Shown here: piece by piece, positions 26,048-39,616 of the stretch
How positions within the stretch are numbered: position 1 is the stretch's first letter
How the letters are laid out: each line of letters starts with the position of its first letter
Translations under genes and position numbers: made by a program
The notes under the pieces: generated by a model
Databases searched by the model: none
What the model saw: the letters and a program-made list of their open reading frames with translations, nothing else
What the model was told of the DNA's origin: nothing
Source of the DNA: Tubiluchus corallicola
Taxonomy: Eukaryota; Animalia; Priapulida
Direction of reading: 5' to 3'
DNA length: 62,727 bases
Assembly: GCA_030141605.1 (NCBI GenBank)
Contig: JAQGDQ010001100.1
Location: forward strand, 1 to 62,727

Positions 26048-27607
26048 GGGCGGGGACTGTGAAACCGCCCACTCAAATTGTGGAGAGATCTTATCGCTTG
26101 AATAAATTACTTTGAAGCACCTGAAATGCGTTACCTGCATAAATGCAGCATTGTAATCAATCAATCACTCAGCTTGTATAATAATCATTGTACCTGGGTG
26201 GCTCAATTAACGTCAGCCATTGAGTTCTTTGTTTCCAACACGCAGTGCTTATGGAGGGTAAATATTGAAATAGTCTCCATATTATTTAATAGATCTATCG
26301 AGGGGCTTATTATTTGAGATTATAACAAATTGTTTAAGGTTCGAATCCAGACAGGGTAGTTGTTTTTACTTCTTGATTATTTTTTGCTACATAGTTAGGC
26401 CGTTTGCTTGTTGAAATAAAGCAATTCAATAGATTTCACTCGATTTTTTTTGCTTCCGAATTGTTCTTACTATTAATATAAAACACTAATATGTATTAAA
26501 ATATAGAAACGAATTACTTCAGTCATCTAGTCAATTACTTACAATTTCTAAACATCATTTTCTTTGTGTAAAATTTGTTATCAAAAATCTTTAATGTTAT
26601 TTCAGTATTCCAAATCAGCTCAGTCTCTATGGTATTTAGTTTGAGGTTTTGGCATTTCATTCTTCGTTCTGATTGATTTAATATCTTTAATCTGCCCCCC
26701 CCCCACACACACACACACAAATTTGACAAGACTGTATTATTTTTCTCACTATGCTCATTATCATTCTATTACCTAAACTCATTTTCAGTGTATGTATATA
26801 TAAGTATTCGTGTAGGTTATGTATGTAAATAGACATTTTTTCATCTTTATTTTTCTGAATTAATGTAATTATGACTTTGGTTAATTACCACTAGCACAAT
26901 GTTAATGTTACAATGTCACAAAGTTAACATCTAATTAGAGGTGTGACTGGGTGACCGTAAGGTCACCTCTGCTCATATTTATCTGTATCATAAGTACTAA
27001 CACCTTAATTACTGTATTAAGTTTATGAAGCTAAATAAATTTACTATTACTATAATTACATTACTATGTTACTGGTTTCGCGTAACGTAAGGGGCATTTT
27101 TTGTCAGTAATGGAACAACCGCCTTCTTTTGACATTTTAGACATTCCAAAATTCTTCTGTCAGCAGCCATGCAGTGTTCTCTCCAGTTGACTTTCGATGT
27201 CGATAGCTACCCCCTAACTCCACCCCCCATAGAGGCGTAGACGTTGGAACACTGATTACTGTATCATCAGGATCTGTCCAATCTTGGAGGCGCCTTCTCC
27301 CTCCTGCTTATGATTTGTGGTGCCGTATGACAATCTGAGCTTAAAACAACAAATAGCATTATAGGGAAGTCAAGCTGACTTGTGTTTTCTTTTGCTAGGC
27401 TGTAGTGACTTGTTGGCGAAGCTCAAATGACACATCGATTACAGTTGTATTGGTCGTGTAAACCACAATTAAAGCTCGTGAATCAAAGGCTTATTTTTGA
27501 AAATAAACTAGTCGTTGATTATATTGTGAGTTATCACATTCATGTACCAGAAAAGGGTAAATGATGAAAGATGGAAAATGTGCCACATATATTATCACGG
27601 TGATACG

Positions 27608-28195
27608 GTGAATGAATGAATGAAAGAGTGAATGAATGAGTGGGTGAATGAATGGGTGAGTAAATGAATGAATGAGTGGGTGTGTGAGTGGGTAAATAAA
27701 TGAGTGATTGAGTTAGTGAATGAATGAGTGAGTGAATGAACGAATGAGTAATTGAGGGACTGAATGAGTAAATGAGTGAATGAACGAATGAGTGAGTAAA
27801 TGAATGAGTGAATGAACGAATGACTGTGTGAGTGAATGAGTAAATGAGTGAATGAACGAATGAATGGATGAGTGAGTGAATGAATGAGTGAATGAATGAA
27901 TGGTTGACTGAGGGAATGAATGAGCGAGTGAGCTGAGAGCGTGAGGTAGTGTAGAAATGAATGAATAAATGACTGACTGAATGAAAGAGTCGGTGAACGT
28001 ATGAGTGAACGAATGAACCAGTGAACGAACAAATTAATGAATAAATGAGTGAGTTGATGAATGTGTGAGTGAATGAATGAATGAATGAATGCATGAATGA
28101 ATGAGTGAGTGCATGAATGAGTTAATGAATGAATGAACGAATAAATTAATGAGTGCATGAATAAATGAGTGATCAACGAATTAATATGTGAATGA
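27608..28195. repeat. Degenerate (GAAT/GAGT)n tetranucleotide array
   Basis: 4-bp periodicity. Confidence 0.96.
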
Positions 28196-29874
28196 AACAC
28201 GAGAAAGGGCTAAGGAAACGTGCAATTTTTGAGGGATTCCGTAACACGTATCTTATTACTAGTAAGCAAACTCATCATTTTAGAGACGATGATACTAATG
28301 ATAAAAATGCTGATTGTTTTTATAATAATTATGACAGACAAGATATAGATCTATCTAAAAAAACAAACTGCTTGACGGGCCGCATGTTTTCTTTATAACT
28401 CTTCTCTAGCTTGTCTGTGATCAGAAAAATTTTAGACCTACACCCCACTGATGTTGTTTGAAAAAACTCACAGCACTCTTCATCTTTGTCACAGACACAA
28501 CTATCTGCGTGTGTGTGTGTGTGTGTGTGTGTCAGCTAAGATGTTATTAGACAATGGATCGAGTTGCAGGGAACCCTGGGAATGCAAATGCGAGTCATGC
28601 GGAGTACACATGTTAAAGACACGTGGACTCAATTCACTCGTTCTCTGTCACCATTCACCTGATCTCTGACCTCAGTAACAGTAGTGCGTCGACTTCAGTA
28701 ATTTGTTTGGGTAAAAAGTCAGGCATTTTCTAACCCTTGCGATAATTTGCCCTGCATGGTGCCGCGTTGCGAAAACAGTTTTAGGAGTCGGCGCAACGTG
28801 CACTACTTTCTTGGTGGTATCATGGGGCGTGAACTACGTTGAGTTGGTTTGCAGTTTCCCAATATTATTTTTTTGCTCTTTAACTTGAAATTAACTTCGG
28901 ATAAAAGCGCTTAAAAACATTTTTTTGGAAAAACACCTTGATTACAAGCAGTCGTCGACTTACGTCAATGCGTCTTACGACTGGAAACTTTATGAACCGA
29001 CCACAACTTAATTAATTATAGAAAACTAATATCATATTTCTTTCATTTTTTATGCAAATGAACTTTAAATCGCTACTCATTTTCGATAAATTCATCTGTA
29101 GGTGCCGCCATATTTAGTGCGCCTACACACGCAACATGTTACGTGTAGAGGCGCACCATTTGAAAAAAAAACAGGTCTGACTTGTGTTCAAGTCGTCTTA
29201 CCATCATCAGCCGGAGTCAGTACGTACGAATAATGCTCAAGTAAATGTCAGCACTCAGCAATGCATTTTTGTTTTCATGTGAAAGCTTTAACTAGGCTTA
29301 TAATTTTAATTTGCTATAGGTAAATTTTCATTAATTTTGGAGGTCTAGCACTTGATTGTTTTTAGATCCCGTTGGTTCTTTCACAGCAGTTAATCCTGCT
29401 TTTACTTGGAACGTTACGATGTTTTTCTAGAATTCGTATCAATAATCCACATTGCATAACATGCTATTCTTGCCGCCAAAGGCAAAAATGAAAACACGAA
29501 ACTAACCAAACCCGAATGTTTAATCAGCTTGGCGGCGATATTTTTACATGGAGGATACGCGGAATTGGTGCGTTAATAGGCCGAGATATCATCTGGCGAA
29601 ATTTGCCTGTTATCATTTATGTAAATTTTCAATAATTTGATAGTTGTTTCGAAGGAGGACGAGTCGAGAAGAAAATGAATAATGTTTTGCATGAATATCA
29701 ATAACTTGCAAATTCTCCGAACGACAGATGAAGTTTTTCAAGTTTACTTGTGAAAATGTAAGAAAAAAACCTTGTGATTAAAAGATTAAACTTATTATAA
29801 TTATTGCACTGTGTACAGCAGCAGTATAAGTAAGCAGTTTTGTATGCGCGCATTTTATATTTTTTCACGAAAAT

Positions 29875-30626
29875 TAGACCAATCTGCTACTGAATCAGCA
29901 CACCTTTTTCTTTTGTTTCTTCATTTTTGTATAAAATGTTCTAGCCAATAAGCCTTTTCACAGTTTCGATGTGCGCATGCGCACTTGCTGTAGGTCAAAG
30001 TTAAGTAGGTTACGTGTACCACAGCAACGTGTCCTAACTACAACCGTTACGTGTGTAAAACAAAGCCTTCTATCGCATCAGTTCAGTAACTTCAGTTGTT
30101 TTACGTGGACTTTACTTAATTATGCATTAGTCTGCGCATAGAGTGATTTACTAGCAGGATCTTCCTTGGGAACAAGAAAAAAACGAACTAGCTAGGGTTC
30201 TAGCTAGCTGCTAACTGCTACTATTACAACAACATTGGTCGTTGTCAAGCGTACACAAATGCATTGTCTGCTACACTTAATCTTTGACCTTTTCCAGATC
30301 ATCATTGATGATTTTAAATAGACTTTATCAAGTTACCCGTTCACTTTTATCCGCTTTCGCTTTTTTCTGAGTTTCTTGTTCTATTTATGAGTATGCCAAC
30401 AAAATAAACGTAACGGTAGTTACTATGAATTATGCAGGTTCGCTCGATTATTTGTTTTGGTGATCGAGCGCGTGCGCCTGGTGAGCTATTGTTACAGTCG
30501 GTGCGCCAGGGCTTTCGTCGGTGCGCGCATTCAGCGAAATGTGTTCAGTAACTTCAGTAGTGATTTTGCCACGGTAGAGTAACGTTGTGGTGTAGGTTCA
30601 GGTTGTAACTTGTATCGTGAGTAAGG
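29875..30626 (+). promoter_or_regulatory. Candidate promoter / first-exon region
   Basis: Two CCAAT boxes (29879, 29945), NRF-1-type palindrome GTGCGCATGCGCAC (29971), TCAGT initiator-like motifs in a 16-mer repeated at 30081 and 30543, CpG-rich 30460-30540, donor-like GTGAGTAAG at 30617. Motif inference only. Confidence 0.35.
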
Positions 30627-33207
30627 AAAGTTTTATTCCCTTCCAGTGTGATCTTTTCGAAATTCATCGCGTAGAAGTTTCTGAGGAAGTCATTATTGTG
30701 TTAAAGCACGGTGATTTTTTTAGACAATGTCGGTGATTTCGTGAAAATTTGAGGAATAGCGAAATGAAATAACGCGCTGTTTTTCTAGACTAGAGAATCC
30801 ATTGTGTTTTTTGGATTTAATCAATCATTAGTGTATAGTTAATCAGATCTTGGATTACGTTTATAAACTGAAGCCTTTCGTCGTTATTTTGCTAATTTAT
30901 CCTGTTCATAATTAGCGTAAATTTGTTATACGGGCTGTACTGTACTGTCACATATACAGGTTAGTGTTTATTAATTTTGTCATAATAATTGTAGACGTTC
31001 ACAGATTGTGTTTTACATAGCGTTACTGGTAAAAATCTCGCATTTAGACACGGCACAAAGTTCTGCATCTGAATTCACGGCCGGCATAACTGCATCTTAC
31101 TTTCGGATTGTAAGAGTTCAAAGAGTTAAAGGCTATGATTCTGAAATTTTGTCCGTTGTACACGTTTGCTTTTGTATTCCTTTCGGCATAAGGGGATTCA
31201 CAAAAACGTTTTCTGTAAGTTTTGTCTGAACAGTGCCAAAAGCGATAAAACTTCGAACGATCAATGGCATGATCGATAAAAAAGACGAGAAAAATAGGTG
31301 AGAAAACTTATGTTCCTGACTTGCACTGTATAAGTGTTCATTTGACGAAAGCCTGTGGGGAGAGTGGGTTGAAGTTACAATAGCTTCACCAACCAAGTAA
31401 TTTAATAACAATTAAATATTAATTTTTGTCAAAATTTAATTGGGAAGATCACTGCTTAGTTTCTCATTCGTTTTTCTTCGATTTTTTTTCTGAGGGTTTT
31501 CTGTCCAGAAGTGGTAGTAATCAAAGTATATAATAATTATATGTAAAGACTTTAGAGAAATATTAGAAAAAGAGTTAGAAAAATAATGCAAACAAATTTA
31601 AAATTTCGCATCGTGTCAATTCAGTGGATCAAAGCCCGGAAAATTGTTTTCAGCTCACGTGGTTGAATTATATTTTTTAGTGTCATCATAGATTCTTAAA
31701 TCTGACTATTCAACTTGTGCTGTACATGCAATGTGAGATTGTTGTGTTTTTATTACATATTGCATAATTAAGCAAAAAAATAAGACAAAGCATCTCAGGA
31801 TTATTGTTCACAATTGTTCAGGCTCCGATCTTTCGTCAACCACGTAGTAATTTCTGCCAATTAGTATAGGATACTAGTAGCCGTACAAGGGACTGCATAA
31901 GAAGTTGGGCTGCAGATAGGAAACGACGTTTAAGTTCGGTTGCCAAATTTTGACAAGACGTCACTGTTTTTTCTAAGTATTGTTCAAAATTATAACATTT
32001 AATACATCAGAACTACATTAGTTACATCCAATCCAGTAAATACATCTAAAGTTTTTACGCAGGATACTCTTTCAATTTTCAAACTGTTGAAACTTTTCAT
32101 TTCAATTGCACTGAAAGTTAGTTGTTTCAAATCGTTAAAATAGAATCCCAGCAATGAAATTTCGTTGCGCTGTTCTGCACGATAGCTTTCTCCAAACCTT
32201 CAGAAATAATAAACTTTTGGCTAACTTGTACAGCGTTTCCTGTTGCTTAAGTATTTTTATTTCACGGCATCCAAAAAACTCCTAGCCACGACGATGACAG
32301 AAAGCTCAAATATTTATCATCATCTCTCCAATGTTTACTGTAATATTAGGAAGTGAGTGTATTGTTTACGCCTAGAAAAAGTAAACAAATGATAACTGTA
32401 GAATAGCGACGCGCCTTGATACAGTGTTGGCTGTTAAAAAGGGCTGTGTATATTATATTGTGCCAGTAAAGCTTTATAATTTTATATGGGATTGGAGTTT
32501 ACATGTACTTAAAACCCCGGAAATTAGTTTGTTCTGAAGTACAGTAACGTTACAATGGAAATTCACCATGCCGTCGTCGAAAATCCGTTTTAGCATTTTA
32601 CAAGCTTTCTCACAACGGTACGCGAAACATCCTTGCAGGAGGTGCGGCGTACATTTATATAAAAATTTTACATATAAATTTTATTTACTTAAGTCGGTTG
32701 ACATACAGTAATATTACTAATCGGAGTTTTTCCACTGTGCAACAAATACATTATAGTAGAGAATAGATTTATACAACTGGTTATCAAGAATGTAGTTACA
32801 TAGATAGTTAGTTCAAAAATAGAAGTAATTCATTAGTTGACACTTAAAAATGAAATATGCAAAGCCCACAGAGTACAGAAGCCATACCAGAAACAATTAT
32901 CAATGTACATCATCGTATTAGTTATACAAAAGTATGATAGCTCAATAGCTGGTGTTTAGTTCAAAAATCCAAAACATTCAGGTTACAATTCAATATACAA
33001 TACACGTACAGTCAATTAGCAAAACGTTTAGTAGACGCTTGTTATTATTTTGTATTTAACAATTTTAGGATGTGGTTAGGATGTTATTTTTGATCTTTAT
33101 CGGGCAAAGCTAAGGTTAAATTAAGTTTTTATGAAAATTTGTGATTTTTTTTAGACAAAGAACTGTAAAATAAAGCAAAAGTTTAACCAGGTGTACTGTA
33201 TGTTTGT

Positions 33208-33532
33208 CAGGGACGAGCACCAAACGTTCGAGTTCCTACAATTATAGATTCGAATAATTCAGCATTCAACCACATACGTCCTTTATCATTAAAATGTTTG
33301 AAACAGCATGCAATTAGCACAATTTTGCTGCAGTTTTTGTGCAAAATTTTTAACAAAACTAATAGTGGTTTTACTGCACAACACATTCGAGTAATATGCA
33401 TGATCTTTGTAAGACCACTGTTTACTAGTAGTTCGAAAATCTTTCTCACTCAATTCGACTTCGATTCGGATTCGAAATACTGAAATTCAGTTCCGTTCGA
33501 ATTCGCTTTCTGGTAGAGAATGATCAGCCCTA
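33208..33532. mobile_element. hAT-type MITE, 325 bp, with 8-bp TSD and internal TTCGA motifs
   Basis: Termini CAGGG...CCCTA; exact TSD ATGTTTGT at 33200-33207 and 33533-33540; many TTCGA/TTCG repeats. Confidence 0.85.
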
Positions 33533-33717
33533 ATGTTTGTGTGTGAGTTATGAAGTATTCGTCTCTCAGAGATTCACTCACTGACAATGAATCGTGGGAT
33601 TCATAGAACTGCCAGAAAGAATTTCTTTAGGTACTGTACTCTATAATTACGCGATTTCGGGTTGTTTTGGTGTACTCTATTATTTCTGTATATGCCAACG
33701 AATTTTTACGCCTACTT

Positions 33718-33862
33718 TAGCTGTTCTGTGAGAACTTATTGCGTGAATTACAGAAGCGTGTCATCATAGATTCTTTAAATCTACTGTAGCTGTTTTGTGA
33801 GAACTTATTGCGTGAATTACTTACAAAAAGCGTCTCGTCATAGATTCTTAAATCCTACTGTA
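33718..33862. repeat. ~70-bp tandem duplication
   Basis: TAGCTGTTYTGTGAGAACTTATTGCGTGAATTAC...CATAGATTCTT twice. Confidence 0.85.
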
Positions 33863-34013
33863 TGTAATGTTCTGTATATGTAATGTAAGAGTGCTATCGT
33901 TTGTATTTCAACAAGGGTATGTGAGGCTAAATGGGCATTTGGGGTAAAGTATTCTTCAAATGTATAACTGACAGTGTTGGTGTATATGGGATAGGCGTTT
34001 ACTAAAACTTATC

Positions 34014-34545
34014 GAAGATGATTTTTCATATACTACCCCGTTTTCAAATCCGATAATAAGTATACATTTTAACACAATTAATACTGCAAAAGCGTTTATG
34101 ATAATTAAATAATAAATTAAAAACTTAATTAGCAGCGGGCAAGCCCAACTTAAACTAACATAATTTTCAGCAGCAAAAATATTCCATGAGCGTGTTGCGC
34201 GTGTTTGCGAAAGCGAAATTGAAAGTACAGCACTGGTGCAAGATATTCAGTGTGTTGTACTAAAACTAGGCGAGTTTTAAGATAAAAATTCAAATTTCGT
34301 ATTTACTGCTGTGCTCACGCATGAGTTGTCGTCACAAACTAACACATCTGAACTGAGAAATACAGCACCTATTTTTTGTGCAATGCGTTTCCGAAATGCA
34401 GGCGCTAGTGCCCGTCTAACTAGCGAATGACGAAATGCATGTAGCAGCGAAGAACTAGTTTTGAAAAAAAATAGTACGTTTCCTTTCAATATTTTAAAGA
34501 GTAGATTGTTTTGATCTACAGTTCAAGATTGGGTCCGGTTTTCCT
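34014..34545 (-). mobile_element. TTAA-MITE family A copy with internal deletions
   Basis: Reverse complement of 1674-2292; ends GGTCCGGTTTTCCT|TTAA. Confidence 0.9.
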
Positions 34546-34691
34546 TTAAGCTTATTTATTTAGCATTTTTAGTCCAATTGATTTATAAACTTTTGTGTAG
34601 TCAGCAGTTATTAGTTCAAAATTACCCACTTGGTGCTACTACAATTAGCTGCATTCGTTTCGTTCATAAGATAACACTGCAACTTATTATA

Positions 34692-34880
34692 TGATTATAT
34701 TATATTATATTATATTATATCATATCATATCATATATCATATCATATCATATCATATCATATCATATCATATCATATCATATCATATCATATCATATCAT
34801 ATCATATCATATCATATCATATCATATATCATATCATATATCATATCATATCATATCATATCATATCATATCATATCATT
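34692..34880. repeat. (ATATT)n-(ATATC)n pentanucleotide microsatellite
   Basis: 5-bp periodicity. Confidence 0.97.
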
Positions 34881-34987
34881 CATTTTCAGACAATATTGAA
34901 TAAATGTAGCAGGATTTGAAAAATTATATAACATTCATATATCAAGCAGTGAATTGGAGGAAGACATATATATATACATATTATACA

Positions 34988-35028
<41 letters not shown>

Positions 35029-35309
35029 TGTATATATGCCATTAAAACCATTAAAATACGTGGATAATCAGTGAATAAAAATTTTACAGAGATGATCTAT
35101 AACTTTTATACCTTCTATTACACGTGCAGGTATTTGAAGTCAGTTTTTAGGTTATATCTAGTTTGGCATTTACAGCTATTCAAGGCGTCGCTTAGCAAAG
35201 ATGTTAAAAGATTAACCAAGCCAAGCGCAAGTACTAAGTCGACGGAGTGTGAAAACATGACATTACGTTTTAATGACCTCCTACTAATCACCAGCCTTTT
35301 TTCTTACAG

Positions 35310-35364
35310 ATCTCGCAGCGCCCACGTGCGGGTTTACATGGAACTAGCCTGACGCATTACTTGG
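35310..35364 (+). other. Candidate 55-nt exon (UTR or coding, unidentified)
   Basis: Branch-like TACTAATC, CCTTTTTTCTTACAG acceptor, GC-richer body, TGG|GTGAGT donor. Confidence 0.45.
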
Positions 35365-35917
35365 GTGAGTTCGGCTCCTCTTTTCTATGCATTTACGGAT
35401 GCTGTATTTTGTGTCCTTTCCTAGCATTAGATAACAGATGCAGTCAAAGCATTGAGGAGGATTATCACGTGTAGATTCTGTCCCCGGGGGCGGTGAGTTA
35501 AGTGGTTCAGCGCGGAGCGGAGAGGCACCTCTTACGTAGAATGCACGGCTGTTGTGATTGCCTGGCCTGTTTTATGAGCACCACTGCATTAGCTGGGTCC
35601 ACTTTTGGGCAATAATTTGCTGGTGAACTACGATATATGCTAGGCAGGTTCCGAATTTAGTTGAACAGAAGGCAAAGAGGTTCCGAACCACTTGGGGCAG
35701 GCTTACCTGTTGAGGAGGCTACCAAAGTTCAAGGAGGGATTAAAGTATTTTTTGTCGGGTCGCCTCTTTTGAAGTTGTGCATTTTCTTCCTAGTTTTAAA
35801 AGTGTTTCTGAATTTGTGATTAGCTAATTTTAAGTTAGTAGACTAAATGTACTTCATGATGCTGTAGCTGTATCTCCTCGTTTTTCTATACGTTTTTCGA
35901 GGAATAACTTATGTTAG

Positions 35918-36413
35918 GAGGAAGAAAAGAGAATTTTAAGGTATGTACCAAAAGCTTTCCTCACAAACTTATGTTACTTAGCATTACACTTGCCTACTTG
36001 AAATACTTATGTAATTAGAAAAGAAAATTCTCAGTAATTTAAGATATTCGTGAGACGTGGTAAAAACGTCACTGACTCACCGACCCAGTGTGCACCACTG
36101 GCTGACCAGAAAAGCACATTATCGATGATATTGACAGTATTCATAGTAATTTAAACTTTTGCTTAGTTTTTGCGAAGAGTGTGCTCTGATTATTTTTTCA
36201 AACTTTTCTCAATGTTGTACAAACTTGTTTCAAACGACTTACCGTCGAAATGGCTCCACGTAAAATGGTCATCGCTGGTGCTTAAATTTATAAGTTTTAT
36301 ACAGCGTATCTGCCGATTTACAAGTTTTGTGAGCACGAAAGCAGTATATAAGCAATACGTAATTTCAAGACGAATTTTTTACGTTGTATTAATGAAGTTT
36401 GTTTTCTCGTGCT
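35918..36413 (+). mobile_element. TTAA-MITE family B copy
   Basis: Colinear with 54945-55441; ends GTTTTCTCGTGCT|TTAA. Confidence 0.82.
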
Positions 36414-36516
36414 TTAAATTGGTGATTCTATTCTTGTGTTCATAGCCTAACAATACAGCTATGGATTTTCATTCCGCGACACGTACTGTAATTTGTGACA
36501 GGTCTAAAGTTTTTAA

Positions 36517-37118
36517 AGGAAGACAGGATATAGTAACCTATTTTCAAGTCCGATAAAAATTATACATTTTCACATAATTAATACTTTAAAAAACGTTTCT
36601 GATAATTGAATAATAGACTATAAACTTACTTTAGGGCGAGCGAGCCCAACTACTGATGACATCACAAACTAACATAATTTTCAACAGCAAAAACATTCCA
36701 CGAGCGTGTTGCACGTGTTTTCGAAAGCGAAAATTGGAGTACAGTGTAATATATTCAGTGCGCTGTACTAAAACTAGGCAAGTTTTAAGATAAAAATTCA
36801 TATTTCAAATTTACCGCTGTGCTCACGCAGGAGCTGTCTCTCAGCAACTAACACATCTGAACTGAGAGGTAAATCACCTGTTTTTGGGCAATGCATTTCT
36901 GAAATGCAGGCACTAGTGCCCGTCTAACTAGCGAATGGTGAAATGCTCGTAATAGCGAAGACTTGTGGCGCTAACGTAAAATTGGTTTTGTGTAGTAATA
37001 ATTCTTTCAAGCAAGTCATTTTTGAAAAAAAGAATAGTATGTTTTTTGTTTCTTTTCATTATTTTAAACTAGAGTAGTTTGTTTTGACCTATAGTTTAAG
37101 GTTGGTTCCGGTTTTGCT
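36517..37118 (-). mobile_element. TTAA-MITE family A, near full-length copy
   Basis: TTAA|AGGAAGACAGGA ... CCGGTTTTGCT|TTGA. Confidence 0.9.
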
Positions 37119-37562
37119 TTGAGATTACATCTAGACCCCCCCCCCGAGTTTAACAAATAGCCGTACAGTTCTTTCGCTTAGAAGCAAGAATTGTTGCACG
37201 GATACCTCATTGGAAACATAATCAGCTAATTTTGGCGCATGTTTAATACCACCACTATTATCGCTGTTATACATGATGAATGATGGAGGTACTTAATTTC
37301 TCCAGTGTTCTGTATCAGCTCGTGTTGTCCGCAGGAAGTACAGCACGTTTTGCATGCCGTGTAACCGCCTCCAAACAGGGTTATCATCATAATAACTGGG
37401 CTGCTGTTGATAATTCACGGGTATTTATGTGTCAAAACCCGCGTTATCACACGAGAAACGTTTAGTATGATTGGTAGTGCTGATGTTGGGAATTGTAGTT
37501 ATTCAGATGATAATAATTCATTTATTTTGTTAGCCTCCTTGGATACGTTTTTCAGTACTTGT

Positions 37563-37810
37563 CACAGAAAGATGCTATTTCAAATACATAATTATAGCTT
37601 TAAAGGTAGAGTAGCTTACTTTACTTTAATACAAGTGTTATTAGATGGCGACATTAACGAGATAAACAGCACTTGGATGCGGTTTTTAATAGTTGCTACA
37701 GAAAGATGCTATTTCAAACAGTCTAAAACTAGACTAGCTTTCTTGTGTTTGATGCAACTGTTAGTAGATGGCGACATTTACGAGTGGGCAGTGCTAGTAT
37801 TTAGTATTAC
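37563..37810. repeat. ~135-bp diverged tandem duplication
   Basis: ACAGAAAGATGCTATTT...TAGATGGCGACATT..CGAG twice. Confidence 0.8.
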
Positions 37811-38518
37811 GTGTGGTGACGTCTGTCCTTAAATTAATCTATACAAACCTTCACCCCACTGTAAAGTCACATTCTAATTATACGCAATTAAAAGTGCTAA
37901 CATTAAAAAAGAAACCTTTTTTGCGAGTGGTAACACCATATCAGTTTTTTCTTATATTTTTAAATCTGTTTAATCAAAATTTGGTTTTAACACCCCCCCC
38001 CCCCCAAGAAACAAATAAGATATGGACAGATTTCAAAAAGGTGTTATTGCTTATTCGCACATATATCATTAAATCGCTCCCAAATACTGAGCATCGTATT
38101 TACAATTGTATGTATTTTTTCATCTTTTAAATCAGTATTTCAGTTAACGATTTCACATTTTATTGATTCGGTTAACTCAATATTTTTTTACTCTTATTTT
38201 TCCACCCTGTAGCCATATTGACCTCAATTAGTAGAAATTTATACTAGAATTCTCTCATGCTTTCTGCTTGCAACACCTTGGTGGTACCCTAGACTTGACA
38301 AACGCTTCATTTTATTCGAATTAAGATGGCGGAATACAATATTTTCTCTAAATCTCTCCACTTCAAAACGAAAGTCAAACAGTTTAAGTAAACACCAACC
38401 GCTTTCAATATGTCTGTGTTCAACTACTAATCATTTGTCAATGTTTGTTTGAGAAATTTTACTGAATAGCTGATGAATTGAGATCGCGCATGCGCAGACG
38501 TGTCTTGGCGTTTGTAAA

Positions 38519-39007
38519 GGAAAAGAACAGGGAATTTTGAAGTATATCCCCTCAAAAAACTTTCCAGACAAAGTTATGTTACTTAGCATTACGCTTACCT
38601 GTTTGAAAGGCTTTTTTGAAAAGAAATTTTAATAATTTAAAATGCTTGCGCTAACTGTTAAAAAAACGTCATTATAAATGACTGTATCACCATCCCAGCA
38701 TGCACCACTGATTCACCGAAAACACATTGTTGATCTTGCTGACAATGTAAAGTAATTTAAACTTTTGCCTTTGTCAGTGAAAAGTGCACTAAGAACACTC
38801 TGATTATTTTTCAAACTTCGCTCAGTGTTATCTAAATTTGTTTCTAACGACTTGTTATTAAAATGGTCGCGCCAAATGGTCATCGCGGGAGTTTTAATGT
38901 AGCGTTACTGCAAATGTAAGCCCCGTTTGCAATAAGACAGCAGTTAAGTGATATAAAATTTCAAGACGAATTTTTTAAGCTTTATTTACGAAGTGTTTTC
39001 TTGCACT
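38519..39007 (+). mobile_element. TTAA-MITE family B copy, internally deleted
   Basis: Starts AGGAAAAGAACAGGG; colinear with 54960-55441. Confidence 0.8.
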
Positions 39008-39119
39008 TTTATTGATGGCAGCAGTTCACAAACCGCCTAGATTCGTTTTTATTTTCTAACTTTTTTTGGTTAACATTTACAATTTCTATGTCTGTTACTA
39101 CAGTGTATAATTTGTCATG

Positions 39120-39260
39120 TACAGCTGTTTCACTCAGAACTATTTATAAAAGCTCTTTGGTAAACTGCTTGTGGTTTATTAGCCACGCAGGTGCAACTGT
39201 TTCACCCAGACCTATACAAGTTCTTTGGTGAACTGTTTGTGGTTTATTAGCCACACAGGC
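39120..39260. repeat. ~70-bp tandem duplication
   Basis: CTGTTTCAC...CTTTGGTRAACTGYTTGTGGTTTATTAGCCACRCAGG twice. Confidence 0.8.
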
Positions 39261-39616
39261 ATTGTTCTAGCCTATATAAGTATCGCACAAAACTAATTGT
39301 GGTGGTTTATCCGATTTTGGCGCGTGTGCCGGGTTTGTGGATACTGTTTGGATCCTGGTAGAGGGAAAAATTCTCGCAAGTTTTAATCAATTTTTTAAAA
39401 GTGCTGGCGTAGTAATACATCAAAGGTGACACAAATATTAAACCGGAATTATTTTGTAACACCTTTATTGTAGAATAATCTCAGCCGAGACTGATCTGAA
39501 TACTTCCGGTGTTGTTTCCGTTTTTGTTCTTCCTGTTTCCCGTCACTAGAATTTCTCTTGAATATTTTTTAGTAATGACATTAATTTTGTAAGATCACAA
39601 ATACCTGCAGCATTAA

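Noticed and set aside
27941-27960. TGAGGTAGT let-7-like seed
   Set aside because: Nine-base match inside a degenerate microsatellite; no hairpin
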